A stretch of DNA of 64,000 nucleotides. It comes from Thermoproteota archaeon (lineage in GTDB: Archaea > Korarchaeota > Korarchaeia > Korarchaeales > Korarchaeaceae). Made by a program: the position numbers and the translations under genes. How positions within the stretch are numbered: the first letter of the stretch is position 1; each line of letters opens with the position of its first letter. Below, piece after piece: positions 46,856 to 57,248 of the stretch. Location of the stretch: positions 416,001 to 480,000 of the forward strand of contig JAOZGC010000002.1 in assembly GCA_027491915.1 (NCBI GenBank), in the 5' to 3' direction. A model generated the notes under the pieces. It was not told the origin of the DNA and searched no databases. It was given only the letters and a program-made list of their open reading frames with translations.

Positions 46856-49564
46856 ATGGAGGAAGGGCATCGTCGGTGGCACGGCCTCGGGGTGGGGGAG
46901 GTGCTCTCCCTCCTCTCGACCTCCCCATCTGGGCTGACCCGGAGGGAGGCGGAGGAGAGGCTCTCCAGATTCGGGCCGAACGAGATCCGGGCCGAGGGGG
47001 GGCCATCTGCCCTGAGAATACTCGCCTCCCAATTCGCCAACTTCCTCGTGGGCCTGCTGCTGGTCTCCCTGGCGATATCCCTCCTCCTGGGAGAGTTGTA
47101 CGACGCGGCCGCCATAGGGGCGATAGTGGCGGCCAACGCGGTCATCGGCTTCTACCAGGATTACAGGGCCGAGAGGGCCATGGAGGCCCTGAAGAGGCTC
47201 GTCACCCCCATGGCCAGGGTGGTCAGGGAGGGGGAGACCCTGGAGATCCCGGCCAGGGAGCTGGTCCCGGGCGACGTCGTCCTGATAGAGGCGGGGGATA
47301 GAATACCGGCCGACGCGAGGCTCATAGAGTCCTTCGACCTCGAGGTGGACGAGTCCGTCCTGACGGGCGAGTCCGGCGCCGTATCCAAGGAGGCTGGGGT
47401 CGTCCTCCCGCCGGACACCCCCCTCCAGGACAGGATGAACATGGTCTACATGGGGACCGTGGCCGTGAGGGGGGCCGGTAGGGCCGCGGTCGTGTCCACC
47501 GGCATGGAGACCGAGTTCGGCAGGATAGCCAGCATGGTCCAGGAGATAGAGAGGGAGGAGACCCCCCTCATGAGGAGGCTGGGGAGATTCGGCAGGAGGC
47601 TGGGGGCCCTGGTGTTCGTCCTGGCGGTGGCCGCCTCCCTGGCCCAGCTGATCCACGGGCTCCCCCCGGTGAGCTCCTTCATGACGGCCGTGGCCCTGGC
47701 CGTGTCCGCCGTCCCCGAGGGGCTGCCCGCCGTGGTCACCGTGACCCTGGCCTTCGGCATGAGGGAGATGGCCAGGAGGAACGCCCTGGTTAGGAGGCTC
47801 TCCAGCGTCGAGACCCTGGGGAGCACGACGGTCATATGCTCCGACAAGACCGGGACCATAACCAAGAACGAGATGACCGTGAGGGTCGTCTACGTCCCGT
47901 GGCAGGAGGTGGCGGTCAGCGGGACCGGGTACGAGCCCGTGGGGGAGTTCACCCTCCCGGGCGGCGGAGAGGTGCCGGCCGACGTCATGGGGGCCGTCAG
48001 GGAGACGCTGCTAGGGATGGCCCTCTGCTCCTCCTCCGAGATACGGGAGGAGGGAGGGAGGTGGATCGTGGTGGGAGATCCGACCGAGGGGGCCCTGCTG
48101 GCCGCGGCCGCCAAGGCCGGGATATGGAGGGAGGAAGCCCTCGCCAGCAGGCCCCTGGTCGACGAGGTACCCTTCGAGTCGGCCAGGAAGAGCATGACCA
48201 CGGTGCACAGGGTAGGGGATGGGCTGGTGGCCTACACCAAGGGGGCGCCCGAGGTGATACTCGAGATCTGCGACAGGATATCCGTCTCCGGGGAGGTCAG
48301 GGAGATGAGGCCGGAGGACAGGGAGAGGCTGCTGGAGGTGGTCGAAGCCCTGAGCTCCAGGGCCCTCAGGGTGCTCGCCGTTGGTTACAGGGAGGTCCGG
48401 GAGGGGGAGGGCGGAGGGGACGCGTCTGGGGACGGCCTGGTGTTCCTCGGCCTGGCCGCCATGATGGACCCCCCCAGGGAGGAGGTGGCCGGAGCCCTGG
48501 CCAGGTGCAGGGCGGCGGGGATAAGGGTGATCATGATAACGGGGGACCACAGGTCGACGGCCGTGGCCGTGGCCAGGGAGATAGGCCTGCTCTCCGGCGG
48601 GGAGGAGGGAAGGGTGTTCACGGGGGCCGAGATAGACGCCATGGGGGAGGAGGAATTCATGGAGGCCGTCAGGAGGGCCGTGGTGTTCGCCAGGGTCTCC
48701 CCGGAGCACAAGCTCAGGATAACGTCTGCCCTGCAGCGGGAGGGCCACGTCGTGGCCGTGACCGGGGACGGGGTGAACGACGCCCCGGCCCTGAAGAAGG
48801 CGGACATAGGGGTGGCCATGGGGATAAAGGGGACCGAGGTGGCCAAGGAGGCGGCGGACATGGTGCTCCTCGACGACAACTTCGCCACCATAGTCGGGGC
48901 GGTGGAGGCGGGCAGGGTGGTTTACGACAACATAAGGAAGTTCATCAGGTTCCTGCTGGCCTGCAACTTCGACGAGATAGCCGTCATAGCCACCTCCGCG
49001 ATGCTGGGACTCCCGCTGCCGCTGAGGCCCATCCAGATCCTGTGGCTCAACCTGGCCACCGACGGCCTCCCGGCCACGGCCCTGGCCTTCGACCCCCCCG
49101 AGGAGGACGTCATGTCGAGGCCGCCCAGGAGGCCCGGCGAGGGGATCCTCCACGGCATGCTCCGGTTCGTCGCCGCGTCCGCCGTGATGCAGTACGCCGG
49201 GACCATGCTGACCTTCGCCTACAGCTACCTGGTCCTGGGGGAGTCCTATCCCGAGGCCAACACCCTCGCCTTCACCCAGGCGGTCCTCTTCGAGCTCCTG
49301 GTCGTCTTCAACTGCAGGTCGGACACCAGGTCCGTGTGGAGGCTGGGGATCCTGGGCAACAAGAAGCTGCTGGCCTCCGTGATTGCCATGATCGCACTCC
49401 ACGTCGCGGTCATCTACCTGCCGCCCCTCCAGGCCACCTTCGGGACGGCCCCGCTGACGGCGACCGACTGGACCATAACTTTCGCCGCCGCCTCCGGGGG
49501 TCTCCTGGTGCTACCGGAGGTCTTCATCCGCGGACGCGCCGGGAGGGGAGGCGGGTCCGAGTGA
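46856..49564 (+). CDS. P2A-type (Ca2+-like) cation-transporting P-type ATPase
   Basis: LTGES, VPEGLP, DKTGT, KGAPE, MITGD, TGDGVNDAP, QILWLNL.TDG. Confidence 0.95.
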   Translation: MEEGHRRWHGLGVGEVLSLLSTSPSGLTRREAEERLSRFGPNEIRAEGGPSALRILASQFANFLVGLLLVSLAISLLLGELYDAAAIGAIVAANAVIGFYQDYRAERAMEALKRLVTPMARVVREGETLEIPARELVPGDVVLIEAGDRIPADARLIESFDLEVDESVLTGESGAVSKEAGVVLPPDTPLQDRMNMVYMGTVAVRGAGRAAVVSTGMETEFGRIASMVQEIEREETPLMRRLGRFGRRLGALVFVLAVAASLAQLIHGLPPVSSFMTAVALAVSAVPEGLPAVVTVTLAFGMREMARRNALVRRLSSVETLGSTTVICSDKTGTITKNEMTVRVVYVPWQEVAVSGTGYEPVGEFTLPGGGEVPADVMGAVRETLLGMALCSSSEIREEGGRWIVVGDPTEGALLAAAAKAGIWREEALASRPLVDEVPFESARKSMTTVHRVGDGLVAYTKGAPEVILEICDRISVSGEVREMRPEDRERLLEVVEALSSRALRVLAVGYREVREGEGGGDASGDGLVFLGLAAMMDPPREEVAGALARCRAAGIRVIMITGDHRSTAVAVAREIGLLSGGEEGRVFTGAEIDAMGEEEFMEAVRRAVVFARVSPEHKLRITSALQREGHVVAVTGDGVNDAPALKKADIGVAMGIKGTEVAKEAADMVLLDDNFATIVGAVEAGRVVYDNIRKFIRFLLACNFDEIAVIATSAMLGLPLPLRPIQILWLNLATDGLPATALAFDPPEEDVMSRPPRRPGEGILHGMLRFVAASAVMQYAGTMLTFAYSYLVLGESYPEANTLAFTQAVLFELLVVFNCRSDTRSVWRLGILGNKKLLASVIAMIALHVAVIYLPPLQATFGTAPLTATDWTITFAAASGGLLVLPEVFIRGRAGRGGGSE

Positions 49565-50250
49565 GGCGGAGGGTGGGCGGCGGGGTGGCGGGGCATCGGC
49601 CCCCGCGTGCCGGCCCCCTCAGGCTCTCGGTCCCAACCGCGATACTGGAGTACAGGGTGGAGACCGACCTTGGGGAGACCTCCGGGGAGATCGGCCTGAA
49701 CGCCTTCCTCTCCAGGTGGGCGTCCGACCTGATCAGGATGTCCTACCTGCTCAGGCCGCCTCCCCGCCGCGCGGGCGGCGGGATCCCCCTGCCGGTTACC
49801 GAGGACCCGGCCGAGGCCGCGGCCAGGATACCCTCCCTGTACAGGAGCGCTGTCGACGACGTCGCCGAGCTGGAGGGGAGGGCCGCCCGCATCTGGCGGG
49901 CCTCGAGGTACCAGCTGCTGTTCCCTCCTCCCCCCGGGGCCGCCTCCCTGGAGGACAGGATATCCAGGAGGGCGGCCGAGATCAGATCCGCCGTCCAGGC
50001 GTTCCACCTGCTCCTAGGCGTCGACCTGGGAGCCGAGATATCGCGCATGGAGTTCAGGCCGGTCGGGATGTCCCGCGAGGGGGTGACCTTCTCCTACTCG
50101 GGGGAGGGGCCTGTGTGGATTCGGGGGGACGGGCTGAGGTCGAGGGGGATAGAGGAGATGATATCCTCGGAGAGGGAGATCCTGGAGATGCTCCTGGGAT
50201 CCCGATCCGACGGCGGCCGGTCCCCCGCCGCGGGGGACTCCCCCACTTAA
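49561..50250 (+). CDS. Hypothetical protein coupled to the P-type ATPase
   Basis: GTGA overlap with the ATPase stop; host-like codon usage in the last ~230 codons of the long ORF. Confidence 0.55.
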   Translation: MRRRVGGGVAGHRPPRAGPLRLSVPTAILEYRVETDLGETSGEIGLNAFLSRWASDLIRMSYLLRPPPRRAGGGIPLPVTEDPAEAAARIPSLYRSAVDDVAELEGRAARIWRASRYQLLFPPPPGAASLEDRISRRAAEIRSAVQAFHLLLGVDLGAEISRMEFRPVGMSREGVTFSYSGEGPVWIRGDGLRSRGIEEMISSEREILEMLLGSRSDGGRSPAAGDSPT

Positions 50251-50275
50251 ATCGTCCCCGCCCCGGGTCGGCCCG

Positions 50276-51124
50276 ATGTGGACCGGGTCCGTGGTCGCGG
50301 GCCTGGCGGCCGCCCTGGGGGCCGGGACCGTGTGGGGCCTCACCCCCGCCCTCTACCTCAGGGCCTCCAGGAGCGGCGGGTCGATCAGGGCGAACGCGTG
50401 GAAGAGCCTCGGCGGGCTGGCCGGTCTCTCCATACCCTGGCTGGCCTTCGGAGCCCCCCTCCCCGGCGACCCCGTCTCCGCGGGGCTCATAGCGCTGGCC
50501 GCCCTCTTCGGGGGAGGCTTCGGGGACTACGCCTACTTCAGGGGGCTGGCCCGGGTGGGCCCCTCCAGGGCCACCCCGATAGGGTACACCTACATGCTCT
50601 GGACCTCCCTGGCGTCCCTCCTGATCTACGGCGAGCCGCCCACCGTCAATCAGGCGGTCGGGATGATCCTGGCCCTGGCCGGGATATGGCTCATATCCCA
50701 GGACGGGGAGGGGGGGAGGTGGGACGCCGCCGGGGTGGCCTGGTCCCTGGCGGCCTCCGCCTCCTGGGCCCTCTCCCCCATAGCCATAAGGGGGGCCCTG
50801 GAGCGGGTGGCTCCGGCGGTCGCCTCCTTCTGGAACTCCCTCTTCCTCGCGGTCGGGTTCGCCGCGGCCGCGGCCCTCGGGGGCGGGATGTCCTGTGACG
50901 GGTGGGCCGAGTCAGCCCTCGGGGGCCTCCTGGGGATAGGCCTCGGGGTGACCCTCTACTACTACGGGGTGGAGGCGGCCGGGGTCAACCTTACGGTGCT
51001 AGCCAACTCCGTCACCCCGGTGGTTTCCCAGGCGGCCGGGTGGGCGGCCGGGGAGCCCCCCACGAGGAGGGTCGCCTCCGGGGCGGCGCTCGTCGCCCTC
51101 GGCCTGGCCGCCGGGGTTCTCTGA
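50276..51124 (+). CDS. EamA/DMT family transporter
   Basis: About 10 TMs; GD..YF..L..VGPSRATP, GEP repeats. Confidence 0.85.
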   Translation: MWTGSVVAGLAAALGAGTVWGLTPALYLRASRSGGSIRANAWKSLGGLAGLSIPWLAFGAPLPGDPVSAGLIALAALFGGGFGDYAYFRGLARVGPSRATPIGYTYMLWTSLASLLIYGEPPTVNQAVGMILALAGIWLISQDGEGGRWDAAGVAWSLAASASWALSPIAIRGALERVAPAVASFWNSLFLAVGFAAAAALGGGMSCDGWAESALGGLLGIGLGVTLYYYGVEAAGVNLTVLANSVTPVVSQAAGWAAGEPPTRRVASGAALVALGLAAGVL

Positions 51125-51181
51125 TACGTCTCAAGGTTTATATCTGTCCGGCGACCGTCTAACCCACCCAAGGGGTCTGTT

Positions 51182-52963
51182 ATGAGGAAATATCTCGCCG
51201 TCATACTCTCCCTCGTCGCCGTGGCGGGGCTGTTCGGCGCGGTGTCCGGATCCCCCGCCCAGGCGGCCCCCCAGCCCCAGGAGGGACAGGAACTCGAGCT
51301 GGAGCTGATGGTCCTCAGCTGGGACGACTGGTCCGTCCACTGCGGCGAGGCCCTGGCCGACGAGCTGGGTCAGATAGGGATCAAGGTCGACCTGAACCCG
51401 CTGGACGACTCGGTCATGTATCCCAGGATAGACGCCAGGAACTACTCCATGTTCGAGATGGCGCTGGGCTATGACGCCGTCCCGACCCACATGTTCTACA
51501 GGTTCCACTCCTCCCAGGACTTCGAGGGAGGATCCAACTACTGGAGCTACAGGAACCCCCAGTACGATCAGGTGATAGAGCAGGCCATGTCCGCCCCCAG
51601 CCTGGATCAGGCCAAGCAGTACATGTACCAGGCCCAGGAGATCCTGGTCGACGACCTGCCCTACATACCCCTCTTCCTGACCCAGGACGTGCACGCCTTC
51701 TACAAGGGTTGGGAGGGGGTCCACGCCATGCCCGGCGGGCCCATAAATTCCTTCAACAAGCTCACGATAGTGGACCTGCATCACCCAGAGAAGGACACCT
51801 TCGTCATGGCCTACCCGAGCTTCCCGAGGTCCCTCAACCCGATGCCCGCGACCGACGGCAGGTCCCTCTGGTACGTCCTCCTGGTCTACGACTCCCTGCT
51901 GGCCTACGACGACAACCTCAACCTCATACCCTGGATGGCCGACAACTGGTCCGTCTCCGACAACGGCCAGACCATAACCTTCCACCTCAGGGACGGGCTC
52001 AAGTGGCACGACGGCCAGCCCGTGACCGCCGAGGACGTGGCCTTCACCTTCGAGTACGCCAAGCAGAACGAGGCCTACGGGAGCTTCTACGTGGACGTCA
52101 CCACCTACCTGGACAGCGTCGAGACGCCCGACAACAGGACCGTCGTGGTCCACCTGACCAAGCCCTACGTCTTCGCCGCCAACGCCTTCGGCCTCGTCCC
52201 GATAGTGCCGAAGCACATCTGGGAGAGCGTCCCGAGCTGGGACTGGCCGAGCTCCGACGCCCTCCAGTACGGCATAGGGAGCGGCCCGTTCAAGCTGGTC
52301 GACTTCGTGGAGGGGGACTACATAGAGCTGGAGAAGTTCGACGACTACTGGCTCGAGGGGGCTCCCAAGGTCGATCACGTGACCATAAGGGTGATAGACT
52401 CCTCGGAGGCCAGGATCCTGGCCATAAAGAACGGGGAGGCCGACACCCACAGGTACGAGCTGGAGCCGGCCTACATCGCTCAGCTGGAGAACGACCCCAA
52501 CATAGACCTCTACAGGACCTCCACCATATGGGACTACGTGCTCGGCTTCAACCTCAACCAGTGGCCGATGAACGACAGCAGGTTCAGAGAGGCCATAGCC
52601 CTGGCCATAGACAGGGATGAGATAGTCCAGAGGGCGGCCCTGGGGGCCGGCTACGCCACCGACTCCTTCGTGCCCTCGGTCAACTTCGGGGATTGGGAGA
52701 ACCCGAACGCCAAGCTCCCGTCCCGCGACCTCGACCGCGCCAGGCAGCTGCTGGCCGAGATGGGATTCAGGGACGTGGACAACGACGGGATCCTGGAGTA
52801 CTCGCCGCCCGCCCCGACTCCGCCGCCCTCCGAGAACGTCACGCCCTCTCCGCCGCCTCCACCTCCGCCCCCGCAGGCCGGCGCCGACATGACGTGGCTC
52901 ATAGCGGGCGTAGTGATCGTGATAATAGGGGTGGCGGCCGCCCTGATCCTCAAGAGGAGGTGA
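51182..52963 (+). CDS. oppA: Peptide/nickel ABC substrate-binding protein (family 5), circularly permuted, with C-terminal TM anchor
   Basis: LR.GLKWHDGQPVTAEDV, GSGPFKL, FREAIALAIDR, Y.NP..D; Pro-rich linker, TM and KRR tail. Confidence 0.9.
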   Translation: MRKYLAVILSLVAVAGLFGAVSGSPAQAAPQPQEGQELELELMVLSWDDWSVHCGEALADELGQIGIKVDLNPLDDSVMYPRIDARNYSMFEMALGYDAVPTHMFYRFHSSQDFEGGSNYWSYRNPQYDQVIEQAMSAPSLDQAKQYMYQAQEILVDDLPYIPLFLTQDVHAFYKGWEGVHAMPGGPINSFNKLTIVDLHHPEKDTFVMAYPSFPRSLNPMPATDGRSLWYVLLVYDSLLAYDDNLNLIPWMADNWSVSDNGQTITFHLRDGLKWHDGQPVTAEDVAFTFEYAKQNEAYGSFYVDVTTYLDSVETPDNRTVVVHLTKPYVFAANAFGLVPIVPKHIWESVPSWDWPSSDALQYGIGSGPFKLVDFVEGDYIELEKFDDYWLEGAPKVDHVTIRVIDSSEARILAIKNGEADTHRYELEPAYIAQLENDPNIDLYRTSTIWDYVLGFNLNQWPMNDSRFREAIALAIDRDEIVQRAALGAGYATDSFVPSVNFGDWENPNAKLPSRDLDRARQLLAEMGFRDVDNDGILEYSPPAPTPPPSENVTPSPPPPPPPPQAGADMTWLIAGVVIVIIGVAAALILKRR

Positions 52964-52974
52964 ATCCTCCTCCC

Positions 52975-52992
52975 CACCCTCCTTTTTTATCC
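52975..52992 (+). terminator. Probable oligo-T terminator or attenuator after oppA
   Basis: CCTCCTTTTTTATCC just after the oppA stop. Confidence 0.45.
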
Positions 52993-53033
52993 TCCCGCCG
53001 CAGGCGCCCACCGTCGGGTGAGCCCCACTGGGG

Positions 53034-54008
53034 ATGAGGGAGTACGTTCTCAGGAGGGCCGCGTCCTCCCTGGTCACCTTCCTCCTGATAATAGTCCTGA
53101 ACTTCTTCATATTCAGGATAATGCCCGGGGATCCGGCCAGGGCCGTCGTCGGGGACGTCAGGATGAAGCCCGAGATCAGGGAGATACTGGTCAGGAAGTT
53201 CGGCCTAGACAAGCCCATATGGGTCCAGTTCCTCTACTACCTGGACAGGCTGGCCCACGGCGACCTGGGCTACTCCTTCCAGTATCCGGGAACCCCGGTC
53301 ACGGACCTGATCTTGGGCAGGAGGATGGTGAACACCTTCCTCCTGATGGGGACCTCAATAATCATATCCCTGGTGATAGGGATGGCCCTCGGCGTCGTGG
53401 CGGCCTGGAAGAGGGGGTCCAAGCTGGACGTCGGGATACTCACCTTCTCCCTGGTGACCTACTCGATACCCACCTTCTGGATGGGCATAATGATAATACT
53501 CCTGCTCGGATTCTACGGGAAGCTCATACCCCTGGGGGGGACGGTGACCCCCGGGGTCGCCTCCGAGGGGCCCGTCCAGTACTGGCTCGACTACCTGCAC
53601 CACATGATAGGCCCGACCATAACCCTCGTCCTCTCCTTCCTGGGCTACTACTTCCTCATCATGAGGAACACCCTGCTGGACGTCTTCACCGAGGACTACA
53701 TGCTCACCGCCAGGGCCAAGGGACTGAGGGACAGGACCATCCTGTTCAAGCACGCCATGAGGAACGCCCTCCTGCCCATGATCTCGGTCATAGCCCTCGA
53801 GGTGATATACCTGTTCAGCGGGGCCACGGCCACGGAGACCGTGTTCTCCTGGCACGGCCTCGGGCTGCTGGTGTACGAGTCGGTCCTGAGGTCCGACCTG
53901 CCCGTCCTGCAGGGCCTCTTCATATTCATAGCCATCTCCGTGCTCGTGGCCAACCTGCTGGCCGACATAACTTACGCCCTGGTGGACCCGAGGATCAGGT
54001 ACGGGTGA
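53034..54008 (+). CDS. oppB: Peptide ABC permease
   Basis: MPGDP, GLDKP, DY.LTARAKGL, HAMRNA, ETVFSW.GLG, DPRIR. Confidence 0.93.
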   Translation: MREYVLRRAASSLVTFLLIIVLNFFIFRIMPGDPARAVVGDVRMKPEIREILVRKFGLDKPIWVQFLYYLDRLAHGDLGYSFQYPGTPVTDLILGRRMVNTFLLMGTSIIISLVIGMALGVVAAWKRGSKLDVGILTFSLVTYSIPTFWMGIMIILLLGFYGKLIPLGGTVTPGVASEGPVQYWLDYLHHMIGPTITLVLSFLGYYFLIMRNTLLDVFTEDYMLTARAKGLRDRTILFKHAMRNALLPMISVIALEVIYLFSGATATETVFSWHGLGLLVYESVLRSDLPVLQGLFIFIAISVLVANLLADITYALVDPRIRYG

Positions 54009-54012
54009 TGGC

Positions 54013-54894
54013 ATGTCCGGCCGCGGCGCCGTCAGGAGGAGGGTGCTGGTCAGGAGGCTGAGGAACTTCTGGTCCCTCTACTCCTCCAGCAGGCTGGGCG
54101 TGTTCGGCCTCGCAGTGATCCTCTTCTACACCGCGCTGGCCGCGTTAGCGCCGCTGCTGGCCCCCTACGATCCGGACGAGTTCGTCGGCAGGCCCCTCGA
54201 CTCGCCGAGCTGGGAGCATCCCCTGGGCACCGATCAGATGGGGAGGGACCTGCTCAGCAGGCTGATAGTCGGGACCAGGGTGTCCCTGGTGGTTGGGCTG
54301 GCCGCCAGCGCCATGGCCGTGGTCATAGGGTCGGTGATAGGGCTGGTCTCGGGGTACTTCGGGGGGATCCTGGACACGGTCCTCATGAGGATAACGGACA
54401 TCTTCATACAGCTGCCGACCCTCCCGCTGATGCTCATATTCGTGGCCATCCTGGGGAAGGGGATCTTCAACATAGTGCTGGTGATAGCCATCCTGGGCTG
54501 GACCGCCACGGCCAGGATGGTGAGGTCCCAGACCCTCTCCCTGAAGGAGAGGCCCTTCGTCGAGGCGGCCAGGGCCGTCGGGGCCGGGGACCTCCAGATA
54601 CTGGCGGTCCACATAGCCCCCAACGTTGTCCCCCTGATCTTCGCCAACGCCACCATCTCGGTCGTCAACGCCATACTCTCCGAGTCCTTCCTGAGCTTCC
54701 TCGGGTTCGGCGATCCGAGGATGCCCAGCTGGGGCATGCTCCTCTACTACGCCAGGATGGCCGGCGCCACGGTGAACGGGTTCTGGTGGTTCATAGTTCC
54801 CCCGGGTGTGGCCATAATGATGCTGGCCCTGGGGTTCGCCTGCATGAACTACAGCCTGGACCAGATACTGAACCCCAGGCTGAGGAAGAGGTAG
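54013..54894 (+). CDS. oppC: Peptide ABC permease
   Basis: HPLGTD..GRD, FVEAARAVGA, PSWG. Confidence 0.93.
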   Translation: MSGRGAVRRRVLVRRLRNFWSLYSSSRLGVFGLAVILFYTALAALAPLLAPYDPDEFVGRPLDSPSWEHPLGTDQMGRDLLSRLIVGTRVSLVVGLAASAMAVVIGSVIGLVSGYFGGILDTVLMRITDIFIQLPTLPLMLIFVAILGKGIFNIVLVIAILGWTATARMVRSQTLSLKERPFVEAARAVGAGDLQILAVHIAPNVVPLIFANATISVVNAILSESFLSFLGFGDPRMPSWGMLLYYARMAGATVNGFWWFIVPPGVAIMMLALGFACMNYSLDQILNPRLRKR

Positions 54895-54898
54895 GTAG

Positions 54899-55873
54899 GT
54901 GAGTCCCTTGGGAGACGAGGTTCTCAGGGTCGAGGACCTGGCCGTCTACTACGAGACCATGAAGGGGACTGTCAGGGCCGTGGACGGGGTCTCCTTCTCG
55001 GTCAGGAGGGGGGAGATAGTCGGGCTGGCCGGGGAGTCGGGGAGCGGCAAGACCACCACCGCCATGGCCATAATCAGGCTGCTGCCGGAGAACGGGAGGA
55101 TAGTGAGGGGGAGGATACTGCTCGGGGACCTGGACGTGGCCTCCCTCCCCGAGGAGGAGATGAGGAGGGTGAGGTGGAACAGGGTGTCCATGGTCTTCCA
55201 GGGAGCCATGAACGCCCTCAACCCGGTCCTGAGGGTCGGGGAGCAGATAGGGGAGGTCCTGGTCGAGAAGAAGGGTCTCTCGAAGAGGGAGGCCTGGGAG
55301 AGGGTGAAGGAGCTCTTCAGGCTGGTCGGGATAGACCCCTCCAGGGCGTGGGACTACCCCCACGAGTTCAGCGGCGGGATGAGGCAGAGGGCCATGATAG
55401 CCATGGCCATCGCCCTGAACCCGGACCTGGTGATAGCCGACGAGCCGGTCACCGCCCTGGACGTGGTGGTCCAGTCGCGCATCCTGGACCTCCTGAGGGA
55501 CCTCAGGGACAAGTTGGGGATAAGCGTCCTGATGATAACCCACGACCTATCGGTCATAGCGGAGACCTGCGACAGGACCGCCATAATGTACGCCGGGAAG
55601 ATAGTGGAGTACGGGGACACGGAAGTCGTCTTCGCCAGGTCCCTCCACCCCTACACCAGGGCCCTGATAGCCGCCTTCCCCAGCATAACCGGGGAGAGGA
55701 GGAACTTCGAGCCGATAAGGGGGGACCCGCCCAACATGCTGGAGGTACCGCCCGGGTGCCCCTTCCACCCAAGGTGCCCGAGCAGGTTCGAGCCCTGCGA
55801 CAGGAGGGAGCCGGAGCTGGTGGAGGCCGAGCCGGGACACTGGGTGGCGTGCCACCTGACGGGAGGAGGTTGA
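54899..55873 (+). CDS. oppD: Peptide ABC ATPase
   Basis: GESGSGKT, FSGGMRQR, ADEP, HPYT, GCPFHPRC. Confidence 0.93.
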   Translation: MSPLGDEVLRVEDLAVYYETMKGTVRAVDGVSFSVRRGEIVGLAGESGSGKTTTAMAIIRLLPENGRIVRGRILLGDLDVASLPEEEMRRVRWNRVSMVFQGAMNALNPVLRVGEQIGEVLVEKKGLSKREAWERVKELFRLVGIDPSRAWDYPHEFSGGMRQRAMIAMAIALNPDLVIADEPVTALDVVVQSRILDLLRDLRDKLGISVLMITHDLSVIAETCDRTAIMYAGKIVEYGDTEVVFARSLHPYTRALIAAFPSITGERRNFEPIRGDPPNMLEVPPGCPFHPRCPSRFEPCDRREPELVEAEPGHWVACHLTGGG

Positions 55874-56871
55874 GCTTGGCGGAGAAGCTGCTGGAGGTCA
55901 GGGACCTCAGGGTCTGGTTCCCGGCCAGGACCGGCCTCCTGGCCGCCCTCAGGGGGGTTAAGAGGTGGGTCAAGGCCGTCGACGGGGTGAGCTTCGACGT
56001 CAAGAGGGGGGAGGTGGTGTGCCTGGTGGGCGAGTCTGGGAGCGGCAAGACCACCACCGCCAGGGCCGTGCTGAGGCTTATAGAGCCCACCGGGGGGGAG
56101 GTCCTGTTCGACGGGGTGGACGTCCTCTCGCTCCCCAAGGCGGAGCTGAAGAGGTGGAGGACCGAGGCCCAGCTGATATTCCAGGACCCCTACGAGTCCA
56201 TAGATCCCAGGATGGTGGTGTACGACGTCGTGGCGGAGCCCCTGAGGGTGAACCGGCTGGCCGAGGGGGCAGACGACGAGTACGACAGGGTCGCCAGGGC
56301 CCTGGAGGACGTCAGGCTGGTCCCCCCGGAGGACTTCATGTCCAGGTTCCCCCACGAGCTGTCTGGGGGGCAGAGGCAGAGGGTGGCCATAGCCAGGGCC
56401 CTGATACTCAGGCCCAGGTTCCTGGTAGCGGACGAGCCGGTCAGCATGCTGGACGCCTCGATAAGGACCCAGATACTCACCCTGATGGAGGACCTGAGGA
56501 GGGAGTACGGGCTCACGTACCTCTACATAACCCACGACCTCGCCCAGGCCAGGTACACGGGGGACAGGATAGTGGTCATGTACCTGGGGAGGATAATGGA
56601 GGTGGGGCCCACCGAGGAGGTAATAAGGGATCCCCTGCACCCCTACACCAAGGTGCTCCTGTCCCACGTGCCAGTCCCGGATCCCAGGGAGGCCAGGAGG
56701 AGGGAGAAGATAGAGATACCCGGTGAGACTCCCAACCCCATAGATCTTCCGCCGGGGTGCAGGTTCTGGCCCAGGTGCCCCTTCGCCAGGGAGGAGTGCA
56801 GGGAGAGGGAGCCGGAGCTGGTTGAGGTCAGTCCGGGGCGGTTCGTGGCATGCCACCTGGCAGGAGGGTGA
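55870..56871 (+). CDS. oppF: Peptide ABC ATPase
   Basis: VKAVDGVSF, GESGSGKT, LSGGQRQR, ADEPVSMLD, GCRF.PRC; TTG start overlaps the oppD stop. Confidence 0.93.
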   Translation: MSLAEKLLEVRDLRVWFPARTGLLAALRGVKRWVKAVDGVSFDVKRGEVVCLVGESGSGKTTTARAVLRLIEPTGGEVLFDGVDVLSLPKAELKRWRTEAQLIFQDPYESIDPRMVVYDVVAEPLRVNRLAEGADDEYDRVARALEDVRLVPPEDFMSRFPHELSGGQRQRVAIARALILRPRFLVADEPVSMLDASIRTQILTLMEDLRREYGLTYLYITHDLAQARYTGDRIVVMYLGRIMEVGPTEEVIRDPLHPYTKVLLSHVPVPDPREARRREKIEIPGETPNPIDLPPGCRFWPRCPFAREECREREPELVEVSPGRFVACHLAGG

Positions 56872-57224
56872 CGGCGGCGTCGGCCGCCCTGTACGGGATC
56901 GGCGTCGGCCTCCTGATGGCCGGCACCCGATTCGGCGTCTTCCCCTCCCACCTGACCCTGTCCATCGGGGCGATCCTGACGGCGATCGCCTGCCGGGGGC
57001 GCGATCCCCGGGAGTCCGCCGAGAACCTGGTGATCCTGCTCGCGTCCGCCCTGGTATCCGAGGCCGCGGTCAACTGCGCCCCGGCCCTGGCCGTGGGAGA
57101 CCGCGTCCTGGCCAACGCCATACTGCTCGTGGGGGTTGGGGACGCCGTCGCGGGACAGCTTATCCTGATCCCGGTCCTGTCGACCGCGGCCGCCTTGGCC
57201 GCCCTGGCCTCGGGGTATAGGTAA
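56868..57224 (+). CDS. Small hydrophobic membrane protein
   Basis: GTGA overlap with the oppF stop; about 4 TMs. Confidence 0.55.
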   Translation: MTAASAALYGIGVGLLMAGTRFGVFPSHLTLSIGAILTAIACRGRDPRESAENLVILLASALVSEAAVNCAPALAVGDRVLANAILLVGVGDAVAGQLILIPVLSTAAALAALASGYR

Positions 57225-57248
57225 TATCCTTCCCGGGCGGCTCGTCCT

